Assembly (NCBI GenBank): GCA_050506795.1
Contig: JBJHCF010000020.1
Coordinates: 23,763 to 87,762 of the forward strand
Length of the DNA stretch: 64,000 nucleotides
Source of the DNA: Opitutia bacterium
GTDB taxonomy: Bacteria > Verrucomicrobiota > Verrucomicrobiia > Opitutales > T3Sed10-336
Direction of reading: 5' to 3'
Within the stretch, counting starts at the first letter, position 1; each line of letters begins with the position of its first letter. Positions 49,873 through 59,280 of the stretch are shown piece by piece. The position numbers and the translations under genes were made by a program. The notes below the pieces were generated by a model. It made no database searches, was not told the DNA's origin, and saw nothing but the letters and a program-made list of their open reading frames with translations.

Positions 49873-50919
49873 TTATTGTGACGGCTCCGGCATGGGGTCG
49901 TGGAGGAGAGCGTTGACCAGGGGGGTTAGGAATTCTCCTGTATTGGGATTGTAGATACCGAATCCGGCGCTGAATTCCCAGTAGGCCCAACTGAAATCTT
50001 GCTCCTCGAACCAGCGAGCGAGGAAACGGGTCCAGCGGACGCGGGAATCGAGATCGGCTCGGCTGTAGGCGCCGAATTCACCCACGTGAACGGGGACATT
50101 CCATTCCCGGGAAAGACGAAGGGTTTCTTCGAATTCCCGAACGACGGCGTCGCGCTCTGCTTCGGTGTCGTGCCATTCGGTGCCGACCCAATCCTGTGCT
50201 TGCGGGCCGCTCCAGCTTGCTCCCTGGTGAGTGAACTGGAAGGGGTTGTAGTAGTGGACGGAGAGGATGAGGTTTTCGTCGTCGGGTAGTTCAATATTCG
50301 GCACGGCCCGCAGCCCGCCGTATTCGGCCGTACCCATAAGCACGATACGTTCGGGGTTGGTCCGGCGTATGATTTGCAGGGCCTCGGCGAAAAACACGTT
50401 CCACATTTCCGGCGACAGGTTGTCGTGGGGTTCGTTGAGGACCTCGAAGAGGAGGGTTTCCGGGTGTTCCTGGAAAGCCTCCGAGATTTGCGTCCAATGC
50501 GCGAGGAAACGGTCCTTTTGCCCTTCCGGGTCGGCGTAGAGCGCGTTGTGGTGGTGCAGGTTGACGATGGCGAGCAGATCGTTTTCCAGAGCGGCGGCGA
50601 CCACCTCGCGAATCCGGGCGAGAAATGCCGGGTCGATAGTGTAGGGCGGTTCCTCCAAACTGCGTTCCGGGGTTTCCCAGCGCACCGGAATACGGACGTG
50701 TTGAAAGCCCAGCTCGGACATGATGGCGAAATATTCCGGATTCCAGGGATTGCCCCAGGCGGTTTCCGTGGGGGCCTCGAAGGTGTTGCCCAAATTGATG
50801 CCCCGTCCGAGACGTTCGTTCATGGCGAAGGCGGCCTCGCGGTCCTGGGAAAACAGCAGCGGGGAGGTCAGGGTTAGCAAGAGGTAAAACAGGAGGGCGG
50901 ATTTTAGCGATTGGGTCAT
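49873..50919 (-). CDS. GH5 endoglucanase/cellulase
   Basis: GINLGNTFEAP, HVRIPVRW, FEVLNEP (acid/base), HYYNPFQFTHQGA, VGEFGA (nucleophile), WAYWEF; start at MTQSLKS. Confidence 0.92.
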   Translation of the reverse strand: MTQSLKSALLFYLLLTLTSPLLFSQDREAAFAMNERLGRGINLGNTFEAPTETAWGNPWNPEYFAIMSELGFQHVRIPVRWETPERSLEEPPYTIDPAFLARIREVVAAALENDLLAIVNLHHHNALYADPEGQKDRFLAHWTQISEAFQEHPETLLFEVLNEPHDNLSPEMWNVFFAEALQIIRRTNPERIVLMGTAEYGGLRAVPNIELPDDENLILSVHYYNPFQFTHQGASWSGPQAQDWVGTEWHDTEAERDAVVREFEETLRLSREWNVPVHVGEFGAYSRADLDSRVRWTRFLARWFEEQDFSWAYWEFSAGFGIYNPNTGEFLTPLVNALLHDPMPEPSQ

Positions 50920-51115
50920 GGACAGAAAATGATTTCGGAATCCGGGGGTCGGAGCAATACCGAAGGCGCCGCCGGCAGGTATTCCTGCAGCGCCTGAACC
51001 GGGAAAGGTAATTCTCACGCGGAGGACACGGACACACGGAGCGAAATGATGCATCGCTTCCGGCAAAAGCGAGGTTGACGTTGCCAATCCCGGCGCGAGA
51101 TGTCATCGGTGAGAC

Positions 51116-53692
51116 ATGATGGCTAAGCTTTTTTTCAGGGTCGGGGTGATGGCCGGTCTGATGCCGGTTTTGCCGGTAATCTTGTGGGGCCAGGGAACGT
51201 TGGAGGATTACGAGCGGGCGGTGGCGTTGGAGCGCCTGACCCGTGGGACGGTTTACCTGGATTCGGTGAGCCCCCGTTGGTTCGATGACGGCTCCGGCTT
51301 TGTCTACCATAACGATTTACCGGAGGACCGCCGCGAGTTCATTCGGGTCGATGCCGAAGCGGGCGTGCGCGAACCAGCCTTCGATCACGAAGCCCTGGCC
51401 CGGGCTTTACGGCAGGCGGGTCATTCGGAGGTGGAATCGGAGCGATTGCCGCTTCGGGGTTGGGCTTACGAACCGGATACGGCGATCGTAACCTTCCGGG
51501 TGGAGGGGACGAATTACCGGTGGGATCCGCGGGACGGGGAATTGTCGGAGGATGACGGCTCGGTCATCGAACTGGTGAGCGACGGACGGTTTGCGCCGCA
51601 GGACGGTCCTCGTGCCAGCGGCCGAACGGGGGAGCAGAGCGGACTGACGTTTGTGAACCGGACGGATGAGCGGTTGGCCCTGATCTGGCTCGACGGAGGT
51701 GGCGGGCGTAATGACTACGCCTGGGTGGCGCCTGGAGAGAGGCGGGAGCAGAACACCTACGGAGGCCATGTTTGGTTGATTGAGGATGAACAGGGACGCG
51801 AGATCCTGATCTTCGAAGCGGGTGACCGGCCGGGGCAGGCGGTGATCGACGCGACCGCTCTGGAAAGCGCCCGCGAGCGTGTCGCGGCGCCGGTCCGGGA
51901 GGAAGAGGCGGAAGTCGCTGAGGAAGCGGAGGCGAGGGAGCGCTGGGAGGCGCTGATCCGAAACGACAATGTCGTCCTGATCGATCATGAAAGCGGTGAG
52001 GAATTTCGGCTTACCACCGACGGCGACCGGGAGGACGGGTACTCCGGAAACATCCGGTGGTCGCCGGATCGGGAAAAGTTCGTGGTGATGCGCACGCAGC
52101 GGACTGAGACGCGCCGAATTCACTTCGTTGAGTCCTCGCCCGAGGATCAGCTTCAGCCCCGCCTGCACGAGCTTCGTTATGCCAAACCCGGGGATCCCAT
52201 AGACATTTCCAAGCCACATCTTTTCCACGTTGGCACCCGCGAGCGCCTGGTGATTGACGACGCCCTGTTTCCCAATCCGTGGCATATTCGCGAGCTCCGC
52301 TGGAGTCCGGACTCCAGCCGGTTCACTTTCCTGTACAACGAACGCGGTCATCAGGCCGCCCGGATTATTTCCGTGGATGCCGATAGCGGGGAGGCGCGCG
52401 CCGTGATCGATGATACCGTCGACACGTTCATCGACTGGACCAATAAGCTTTACTCCCACTATGTGGAAGACACCGAGGAGATCATCTGGATGTCGGAACG
52501 CGACGGGTGGAATCACCTTTACCTTTACGATTCGCGCACCGGGGAGATGAAAAATCAAATCACCTCGGGCGAATGGGTGGTGCGCGGGGTGGACCGGGTC
52601 GACGAGGAGGAACGTCAGGTCTGGTTTCGCGCCGGCGGCATTCATCCGGACCAGGATCCCTACCACGTACACTTTGCCCGGGTGAATTTCGACGGCAGCG
52701 ACCTGGTGGTTCTGACCGAAGGCGACGGCACGCATTCGGTGGATTTTTCTCCTGACCGGCGTTTCCTGGTCGCCACCTACTCGCGGGTGGACCTGCCCCC
52801 GGTAACCGAACTGCGGCGGGTGGAGGACGGTTCGCTGGTGTGTGAACTGGAGCAGGCGGACTGGTCGCGACTGCTGGAAACCGGGTGGCAGGTGCCGGAG
52901 CGGTTCACGGCCAAGGGCCGCGACGGTGAAACCGATATTTACGGCGTCATTTTCAGGCCCACCAATTTTGATCCTGAAATGCGTTATCCGGTGATCGAAA
53001 ATATTTATGCCGGCCCCCAGGGTTTTTTTGTCCCCAAGAGTTTCAGCCGGAATCACGGTCACCAGGTACTGGCGGAACTCGGGTTTATCGTGGTGCAGAT
53101 GGACGGGATGGGGACCAATCACCGTTCCAAGGCGTTTCATGACGTGACCTGGCAAAACCTGGGGGATTCCGGATTTCCCGACCGTATCCTCTGGATCGAG
53201 GCGGCCGCGGCGGATCGGCCCTGGATGGACCTTTCGCGGGTGGGCATTTACGGGGTTTCCGCCGGGGGGCAAAGCGCGCTGCGGGCGCTGTTGGCGCACG
53301 GTGATTTTTACCACGCGGCGGTGGCGATCAACGGGTGCCATGACAACCGGGTGGACAAGATGTGGTGGAACGAGCAGTGGATGGGGTATCCGATCGGACC
53401 GCATTACGAGGAGCAGTCGAACGTCACTCAGGCGCATCGCCTGGAAGGCCGGTTACTCCTGATAGTGGGGGAGGTGGACCGCAATGTCGATCCGGCGTCC
53501 ACCATGCAGGTGGTCGATGCGTTGGTGAAAGCGGACAAGGATTTCGAGCTCCTGGTATTGCCCGGGCAGGGGCACACCAATGGCGGGGCCTATGGACAGC
53601 GTCGTCTGAGAGATTTTTTCGTGCGTCACCTTTGGGAAGTCGAACCGCGCCGGGAGGGAGTCCTGACCGAGACCGCGGCACGGGGGGACTGA
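51116..53692 (+). CDS. S9 family (dipeptidyl peptidase IV-like) serine peptidase with inserted VHL-beta-like domain
   Basis: DPPIV propeller (SERDGWNHLY), GIYGVSAGG nucleophile, D-NVD and H catalytic motifs. Confidence 0.9.
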   Translation: MMAKLFFRVGVMAGLMPVLPVILWGQGTLEDYERAVALERLTRGTVYLDSVSPRWFDDGSGFVYHNDLPEDRREFIRVDAEAGVREPAFDHEALARALRQAGHSEVESERLPLRGWAYEPDTAIVTFRVEGTNYRWDPRDGELSEDDGSVIELVSDGRFAPQDGPRASGRTGEQSGLTFVNRTDERLALIWLDGGGGRNDYAWVAPGERREQNTYGGHVWLIEDEQGREILIFEAGDRPGQAVIDATALESARERVAAPVREEEAEVAEEAEARERWEALIRNDNVVLIDHESGEEFRLTTDGDREDGYSGNIRWSPDREKFVVMRTQRTETRRIHFVESSPEDQLQPRLHELRYAKPGDPIDISKPHLFHVGTRERLVIDDALFPNPWHIRELRWSPDSSRFTFLYNERGHQAARIISVDADSGEARAVIDDTVDTFIDWTNKLYSHYVEDTEEIIWMSERDGWNHLYLYDSRTGEMKNQITSGEWVVRGVDRVDEEERQVWFRAGGIHPDQDPYHVHFARVNFDGSDLVVLTEGDGTHSVDFSPDRRFLVATYSRVDLPPVTELRRVEDGSLVCELEQADWSRLLETGWQVPERFTAKGRDGETDIYGVIFRPTNFDPEMRYPVIENIYAGPQGFFVPKSFSRNHGHQVLAELGFIVVQMDGMGTNHRSKAFHDVTWQNLGDSGFPDRILWIEAAAADRPWMDLSRVGIYGVSAGGQSALRALLAHGDFYHAAVAINGCHDNRVDKMWWNEQWMGYPIGPHYEEQSNVTQAHRLEGRLLLIVGEVDRNVDPASTMQVVDALVKADKDFELLVLPGQGHTNGGAYGQRRLRDFFVRHLWEVEPRREGVLTETAARGD

Positions 53693-53714
53693 TTTTTTCC
53701 AACGGACGTTTTTC

Positions 53715-54146
53715 ATGCGGGAAAGCTTGATCCTTTTTACTGCCATTGTGGCACTGGCGATTCCGGCTGTGGCTATCGCCGCTTTGCTGATGGCTCACAG
53801 AACGGCCCGGCGTTTCGACGATCTGGAGCGCCGTTTGCACGGTCTGGCCCGAGAGATGCGTGCATTTCAAAACAAGCCGGAGCGAGGGGAGTCGGATGTA
53901 GGTGAGCCGCGGGAAGGCGGCGCCGTTCGTGCCCAAGCTTCCGCCGAAATCGGCGGGCGGGAAAGGCGTACCTATTCGTTATCCTTCCTGGAGGAGGAGC
54001 CGGAATGGAAGAAGGAGGAAGGCGTGAAGGAGGGGAAAGAAGACGACCGGACCTCCGATCCCGGACCGGTTCGGAAAGAATCCGGTCAAAGTGCCGGCAA
54101 TCGATCACGCCGACGCCGGCGCCGGAAAAGGAAGGGCAATGGATGA
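53715..54146 (+). CDS. hypothetical membrane-anchored protein
   Basis: N-terminal TM helix, coiled segment, basic tail; overlaps the next gene. Confidence 0.6.
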   Translation: MRESLILFTAIVALAIPAVAIAALLMAHRTARRFDDLERRLHGLAREMRAFQNKPERGESDVGEPREGGAVRAQASAEIGGRERRTYSLSFLEEEPEWKKEEGVKEGKEDDRTSDPGPVRKESGQSAGNRSRRRRRRKRKGNG

Positions 54147-54510
54147 GGAGACCCTGAGGCGTATCGCGGAGTACGAAGTGGAGTCGGCGATCGACGCCTT
54201 GCCGAACGAGATCCGTCGGGAAGCGGAGACCGTGCCTTTGGTGCTGGAAGGTCGACCGACGGAGGACATGTTGGGTCCGGACATCGATGAGGACATACTC
54301 GGGCTCTTTGTAGGGGAGCCTTTGGCCGACCGTGGAACAACCCTGGATCCGCTCCCGGCGCAGATTTTCCTCTTCCTTGAAAATATATGGGAATACGGCG
54401 AAGGTAGCGTCGATGGGTACCGGGAAGAGGTGCGTATCACTTATCTGCATGAACTGGGACACTATTTCGGATGGGATGAAGACGATTTGGCTGAAAGGGA
54501 CATTGATTGA
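54139..54510 (+). CDS. zincin-like metallopeptidase (Zincin_1)
   Basis: LGLFVG, P.QIFLF.ENI, EVRITYLHELGHYFGWDEDDL. Confidence 0.9.
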   Translation: MDEETLRRIAEYEVESAIDALPNEIRREAETVPLVLEGRPTEDMLGPDIDEDILGLFVGEPLADRGTTLDPLPAQIFLFLENIWEYGEGSVDGYREEVRITYLHELGHYFGWDEDDLAERDID

Positions 54511-54752
54511 TGGCGGCGCGGCGTAAAGGTTTCCTCCTGGTGAACAGCTCACCCGGAGTTTATGTCATCGATGCGAGCCGCAAGACCGAGTTTGACCAGC
54601 TCCGTTCGCAAGGGTGGCGGATCGCGAGGATTCGTCCCATTTGCACCAGTTTGGAGGTCAAGCTGCGCAACCTGCCGCCGGAAATCCTGCGGCAGCACGC
54701 CTACGCCTACTCATTTTGTATCCTGGAGAAGAAGGATGGGGTCGACGGATGA
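54510..54752 (+). CDS. small hypothetical protein
   Basis: ORF coupled by TGATG overlap and filling the gap before ruvC. Confidence 0.5.
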   Translation: MAARRKGFLLVNSSPGVYVIDASRKTEFDQLRSQGWRIARIRPICTSLEVKLRNLPPEILRQHAYAYSFCILEKKDGVDG

Positions 54753-54776
54753 TGCCGGTTTTGCCACTTTGGGGTA

Positions 54777-55358
54777 ATGGGACGACGTTCGGTGCGGGAT
54801 TTGTGGAAAGCCAAGCTGGAGGGAGGATCGGTTTCCTCCGCCAGCTTGAAACCCGTATGGGACGGGATTCGGCCAAAGTATCGGGGTGTTATCCTGGGGG
54901 TGGACCCGAGTTTGCGGGGGACGGGGCTGGCCGTGCTGGAGTTCGCCGGCACGGATAGGGCTCTCCTGTTGCACAGCGAGACCGTGCGCCTCCCCCGCAC
55001 GGCGTCGCTCGCGGATTGCCTGGGGGCGATTTTTAACGCGGTCTCGCGCTGTTGCGGGGATTACGCTCCGAAGCACGCGGCCATGGAACAGACGATTTAC
55101 GTTCAGAATTTCCAGACCGCTCAAGTATTGGGGGCGGCTCGGGGCGCGGCTATCGCGGCGGCTTCGGTGGCGGGAAAGCCGGTCTTCGAATACGCCCCGC
55201 TGCGGGTCAAGCAGGCGGTGGTGGGCGTGGGGCGGGCCAGCAAGGAACAGATGGCGAAATCGGTCATGGGGTTGTTGGGACACGGGGCGGTGCTGAGTCC
55301 GGATGAGGCGGACGCGGCCGGGACTGCGCTTTGTCACGCCTTCACGTATCGGCCTTGA
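54777..55358 (+). CDS. ruvC: crossover junction endodeoxyribonuclease RuvC
   Basis: ILGVDPSLRGTG, LGAARGA, EYAPLRVKQAVVGVGRASKEQM, DEADA. Confidence 0.95.
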   Translation: MGRRSVRDLWKAKLEGGSVSSASLKPVWDGIRPKYRGVILGVDPSLRGTGLAVLEFAGTDRALLLHSETVRLPRTASLADCLGAIFNAVSRCCGDYAPKHAAMEQTIYVQNFQTAQVLGAARGAAIAAASVAGKPVFEYAPLRVKQAVVGVGRASKEQMAKSVMGLLGHGAVLSPDEADAAGTALCHAFTYRP

Positions 55359-56196
55359 CCTGCTGAGCCGGGATTCCGGTAAGAAGCCAGACGGTGGCCA
55401 GACCGGCGAAAAGGGCGGCCAGACCGACGGCTTCATGCATCAGATCGTAGTGGTTGGGAACCAGGGGAGCGAGCAGGACGATTCCCACGATGCGAACAAT
55501 GTTGAAGCCAAACCCGATGGCGACGGCAAGAATCACCGCGGCGACCTTCCACCAGATCGGCATCGGCTGGGAAACGGCCAGCAGAAGAGCCAGGAGTACG
55601 GCGGTTGTCATCAGTCCAAAGCCGTTGCATTCCGCGGCCACCTCGAATGGGCGACTCCCCACCACCATGAGAAGCTTGGGAACCGGCGACTCCACCAGGT
55701 GCAGGGCTGATCCGAAGCCGAAGGTTTCCAGAATGTGGGAGGCGTAATGGCCGGCCAACGTCCGCAAGGGCCAATCGAGCAGGGGCAGGAACAGGATAAA
55801 AAGGAGAAAGGCGGCAAACGTGATCACCAATGGAAGGTAGAGCGGCAGGGCGCGGGCGCCGAAAAGGATTCGGGCCAGGGCCAGAACCGCCACCCCCAGC
55901 GCTCCCAGAATGGTGTAGGGGTTGGGCCAGAGCAGAGCGGTGGAGGCGAGGCCGAACGAGGTGAACAACAAAGCCAGGTTTCCGTTCGAAAGGTCGAAAA
56001 CCGCTTTCAGCCGCCTCCTCTGATCGAAAAGTACGAAGATGGCGGCGAAAGCCATCAGGGCCAGCGACTGCCGCAGTTGTTCATGGGCCAGGGTTTCCTG
56101 TCCGATCCAGGCGATGACGGGCCAGAAAAGGGCGACGGTTGCGATAAAAAGCGTCGCGGTCAGGTAAAACTCGGATTTGTGAAACGTATTGGCCAT
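55342..56196 (-). CDS. exosortase/archaeosortase family protein
   Basis: Multi-TM protein with VAAECNG (Cys), NIVRI (Arg) and HEAVG (His) triad. Confidence 0.85.
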   Translation of the reverse strand: MANTFHKSEFYLTATLFIATVALFWPVIAWIGQETLAHEQLRQSLALMAFAAIFVLFDQRRRLKAVFDLSNGNLALLFTSFGLASTALLWPNPYTILGALGVAVLALARILFGARALPLYLPLVITFAAFLLFILFLPLLDWPLRTLAGHYASHILETFGFGSALHLVESPVPKLLMVVGSRPFEVAAECNGFGLMTTAVLLALLLAVSQPMPIWWKVAAVILAVAIGFGFNIVRIVGIVLLAPLVPNHYDLMHEAVGLAALFAGLATVWLLTGIPAQQVKADT

Positions 56197-56359
56197 GGAA
56201 TATGCCTTTTTCAGGCCGGCAGGTGAAACTTTCGACAGAAAGAATTCCTAATGGTGCCAAGAATGAGAATAGCTGATTAAGGCCCGGTTCGCCTTCGGAA
56301 CTATGTTGCCTTGCCGCCCGGGGATTCGACTGTTAGAGTTTCGGCGTAGATCCACTATT

Positions 56360-56947
56360 ATGAAATATCGAACTATTCTCATTTTCGGGGCGCCAGGCAG
56401 CGGCAAAGGAACCCAGGGCAAGGCGCTGGGTATGCTCCCGGGCTATTTTCATTGTGCCTGTGGGGACGTGTTTCGGTCCTTGGATGCCAACACCGAATTG
56501 GGCCGCTCATTTCTGGAGTATTCGAGTCGCGGCGAGTTGGTGCCGGACGAAATAACAATCAAACTCTGGCTCAACCGCATCAATCGGGCGGAGGCGGCGC
56601 ACGAGTTTAGGCCGGAACGCGATTTCCTGGTCCTCGACGGGATTCCCCGGGATGTGAATCAGGCCGGATTGATGGGCGAGATAATCGACGTCAGAACATT
56701 TTTTCATCTCACCTGCCCCGACCGGGACAAACTCATGGCGCGCCTGAAAAGCCGCGCGCTTAAGGACAACCGCCTGGACGATGCGAACGAAAACGTTATT
56801 CGCAAGCGGTTTGAAACCTACGAAGAGGAATCCAAGCCATTGCTGGAGTTCTACGGACAGAATTCGGTGGTGACCATTGACGCCACCCAAACGCCGGCCA
56901 GGGTGCTGCTGGAGATCCTGAAAGTGGTCACGCGGCTGGAAGCTTGA
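56360..56947 (+). CDS. adenylate kinase family nucleoside monophosphate kinase
   Basis: GAPGSGKGTQ, GDVFR, GELVPDE, LDGIPR, R.DD; short LID. Confidence 0.9.
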   Translation: MKYRTILIFGAPGSGKGTQGKALGMLPGYFHCACGDVFRSLDANTELGRSFLEYSSRGELVPDEITIKLWLNRINRAEAAHEFRPERDFLVLDGIPRDVNQAGLMGEIIDVRTFFHLTCPDRDKLMARLKSRALKDNRLDDANENVIRKRFETYEEESKPLLEFYGQNSVVTIDATQTPARVLLEILKVVTRLEA

Positions 56948-57328
56948 TCAGCCCCGTTCCAGCAATTCGACTTCGTACCCGTCCGGGTCGGTGATAAAGG
57001 CCATTTTGTCGTCTCCGCGGCTGAACTTCTCGCGCCAGCCGTCGGGCCAGATTTCGATTCCCTTTTTCTCCAACTCATCACAGATCGCGATGAGGTCCGG
57101 GTACCCGACCGCGGTGTGCATCAGGTCCTCCGGTACGGCGACCCGGTAGTCGGGCGAGTGACAGAGTTCGAGGAAGTGTTCGTTGCCCGCCAGTTCCAGA
57201 AAAGCCAGCTGATTGCCCGCCGGCGATTTTTCAGTCCGGCGGGTGCACTCGAAGCCGAGTTTTTCGTAAAAGGCGATGGAACGCTCCAAGTCGCTGACGC
57301 GAATGCGGGTGTGCAGGAATTTTGCCAT
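56948..57328 (-). CDS. VOC/glyoxalase family protein (lactoylglutathione lyase-like)
   Basis: FLHTRIRVSDLERSIAFY, AFITDPDGYEVELLE. Confidence 0.88.
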   Translation of the reverse strand: MAKFLHTRIRVSDLERSIAFYEKLGFECTRRTEKSPAGNQLAFLELAGNEHFLELCHSPDYRVAVPEDLMHTAVGYPDLIAICDELEKKGIEIWPDGWREKFSRGDDKMAFITDPDGYEVELLERG

Positions 57329-57397
57329 GCGGACAGCTTGGAGAAGTGCGGCTGATTTGTCAGGCACGAATTTCCGGCCGAACCGAGATCGGGACTC

Positions 57398-58156
57398 TCA
57401 AACCCGGCCGACGGCCGTCGATTCGTGGGCCCGGCGGTAGGCGAGGGGGGTCTGGTTCATGTGACGCCGGAATTGGCGGGTAAAGCTGCAATGGTCGTAA
57501 AAACCCGTGCGCAGGGCGATCTCCGTGATACTTAGTCGCGTGTTGGAAAGGAGCTCGGCCGCCTGGAGGATGCGGATCTTGAGGATGTGCGCCCGGGGCG
57601 TGCTGTGAAAAATCTTCTGGAATTTGCGTTCGAACTGGCGCACGGAAAGACCGGCCTTGGCCGCCAGTTCGGTGACGGAAAGCGGTTCGGCGTAGTGTTT
57701 CTTGATGTGTTCAACCGCCTTTTCTATGTCGAGGTAGGGTTGAATCACCCGCTGGGAGTTTTCGTACATACGCACGGTGCCGCAAACACCGCAAACTTCG
57801 CCCGCCTGGTCAAAAACCGGGAATTTGTTGGTCAGATGGAGCATGGGAATGCCGTTGATGCTGGGGAAAATCTCCACGATATTCAGCAGCGGCTGGCGTG
57901 AGGTGATGACCTTGGCGTCGTCGCGACGGAATTTGTCCGCCATGAACTTGGGGAATACCTTGTAGTCTGTTTTGCCCAACAGTTCGCGCTCCTCCTGGAA
58001 GCCGCAATGCCTCAGAAATGCCCGGTTGCAGCGCATCATTTCGCCATCCAAATTTTTGGCGAAAAAAAGCACTTCGGGCAAATAGTCAAAGATCTGGTCG
58101 AACTCGCCACCGCGCCGCAGGGAGTTGATCCACGCTTCGGCTTTGTTCACAGTCAT
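57398..58156 (-). CDS. AraC-family regulator with N-terminal PAS domain
   Basis: FDYLPEVLFFAKN..GKTD PAS; LSVRQFERKF and IALRTGFYD.SFTRQF AraC HTHs; start could extend to 58171. Confidence 0.9.
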   Translation of the reverse strand: MTVNKAEAWINSLRRGGEFDQIFDYLPEVLFFAKNLDGEMMRCNRAFLRHCGFQEERELLGKTDYKVFPKFMADKFRRDDAKVITSRQPLLNIVEIFPSINGIPMLHLTNKFPVFDQAGEVCGVCGTVRMYENSQRVIQPYLDIEKAVEHIKKHYAEPLSVTELAAKAGLSVRQFERKFQKIFHSTPRAHILKIRILQAAELLSNTRLSITEIALRTGFYDHCSFTRQFRRHMNQTPLAYRRAHESTAVGRV

Positions 58157-58394
58157 GACGATAAAGTACAAGAAATTCCTGTTTTAACAAAGGCAGGTTC
58201 GTTTGACTGTCAACTCACGATGGATGCGGCGACCTCAGGCGGATCAGGCTGAAGTGCCCCATCCTTCTATGGTTGAATCGTTGACCAACGGGGTTTAGGC
58301 TTGAGGTTTGCGACGGATTAGAAGGTTAATTAGGCCCAGTGGTCCGGACGTGTTTCGGCCCCTCCCGTTAACCTCCAGATATATTCCCAATCTT

Positions 58395-58673
58395 GTGAAT
58401 GCGATGATCTTCGGATGATTCATGGTCGCCCTGGTTGCGGTTGTGGCTTTTGCTCCATTTCTCCCGGCCAGTGATACGGTGGTTTTCCGGCACGATTTTT
58501 CCGGCGACAGTGCTCCCCGGCACGGAGTGGCATCAGATCTCGGCGAAGGCGAACGGATTGCCGGAACGAATTTCCAGGCCGGAGGGACGGTGTCCGGGGA
58601 CAGTCTTCCGCCATCCTGCCGCTCGAACCTCAATCCGGTTTTGTGTACGAACTTAAGGCCGGGTACTCCGTGA
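58395..58673 (+). pseudogene. probable remnant of a secreted-protein N-terminus
   Basis: Signal-peptide-like MNAMIFG*FMVALVAVVAFAPF with in-frame TGA, then VVFRHDFSGDSAPRHGVASDLGEG..AGTNFQAGG, then decay into AT-rich sequence. Confidence 0.35.
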
Positions 58674-58994
58674 GCGGGCAGCAGGGGACGACCGCGAATC
58701 TTCCAGCCGGGGCGGTGAACGGTATCGGAGGTGTCGATTTTTGCAATTTCCGAACGACTGCTGTCATAAGTCCGCTACCGACGCTTGGCTGATCCAGGGT
58801 TAACTCAGGGGTTATCGGGTCGTGATAATTTAACATTTATATTCACCTAAAGTAAACAGAACTCTCTTTATGTGAGGATTTGGGAAAATGGCACGGATGA
58901 GTTGAGACGCTATTCATTATCAGAGAATGTTTTAATGAAAGTTTCAGAATTGTTGCGCAATTCAGTCTCTGTTCGGCCTTTACGCCAAACGAGC

Positions 58995-59029
58995 GTCGCG
59001 ATCATACAAAAAATGTCGTAAAAATACAA
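58995..59029 (+). promoter_or_regulatory. direct repeat GTCG-N6-TACAA x2 (20-bp period), candidate AraC-family binding site
   Basis: GTCGCGATCATACAA (58995-59009) and GTCGTAAAAATACAA (59015-59029); third match GACGATAAAGTACAA at 58157-58171. Confidence 0.55.
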
Positions 59030-59280
59030 TAAATCCCCGTCGCATCTAAGCTACGTTAGTTGTCTCTGAACCTCTGCCATACCTTTTCCTATGCCTTCTG
59101 AATTTTGGGTGCGAACTGTTTCCCGGCCAGTCGATTGGTTTCAATCGGTGGGATTTCCCGTATCCGGTTCTTTCAATGGAAGCATGGTCCGGCTGCGTCG
59201 CCGCCTGAAGGTTTCGGCAGTGGGGGTGAAAATATGAATCGATTAGAACGAACTGATGTAACGAATCCAAAGAAGACTCT

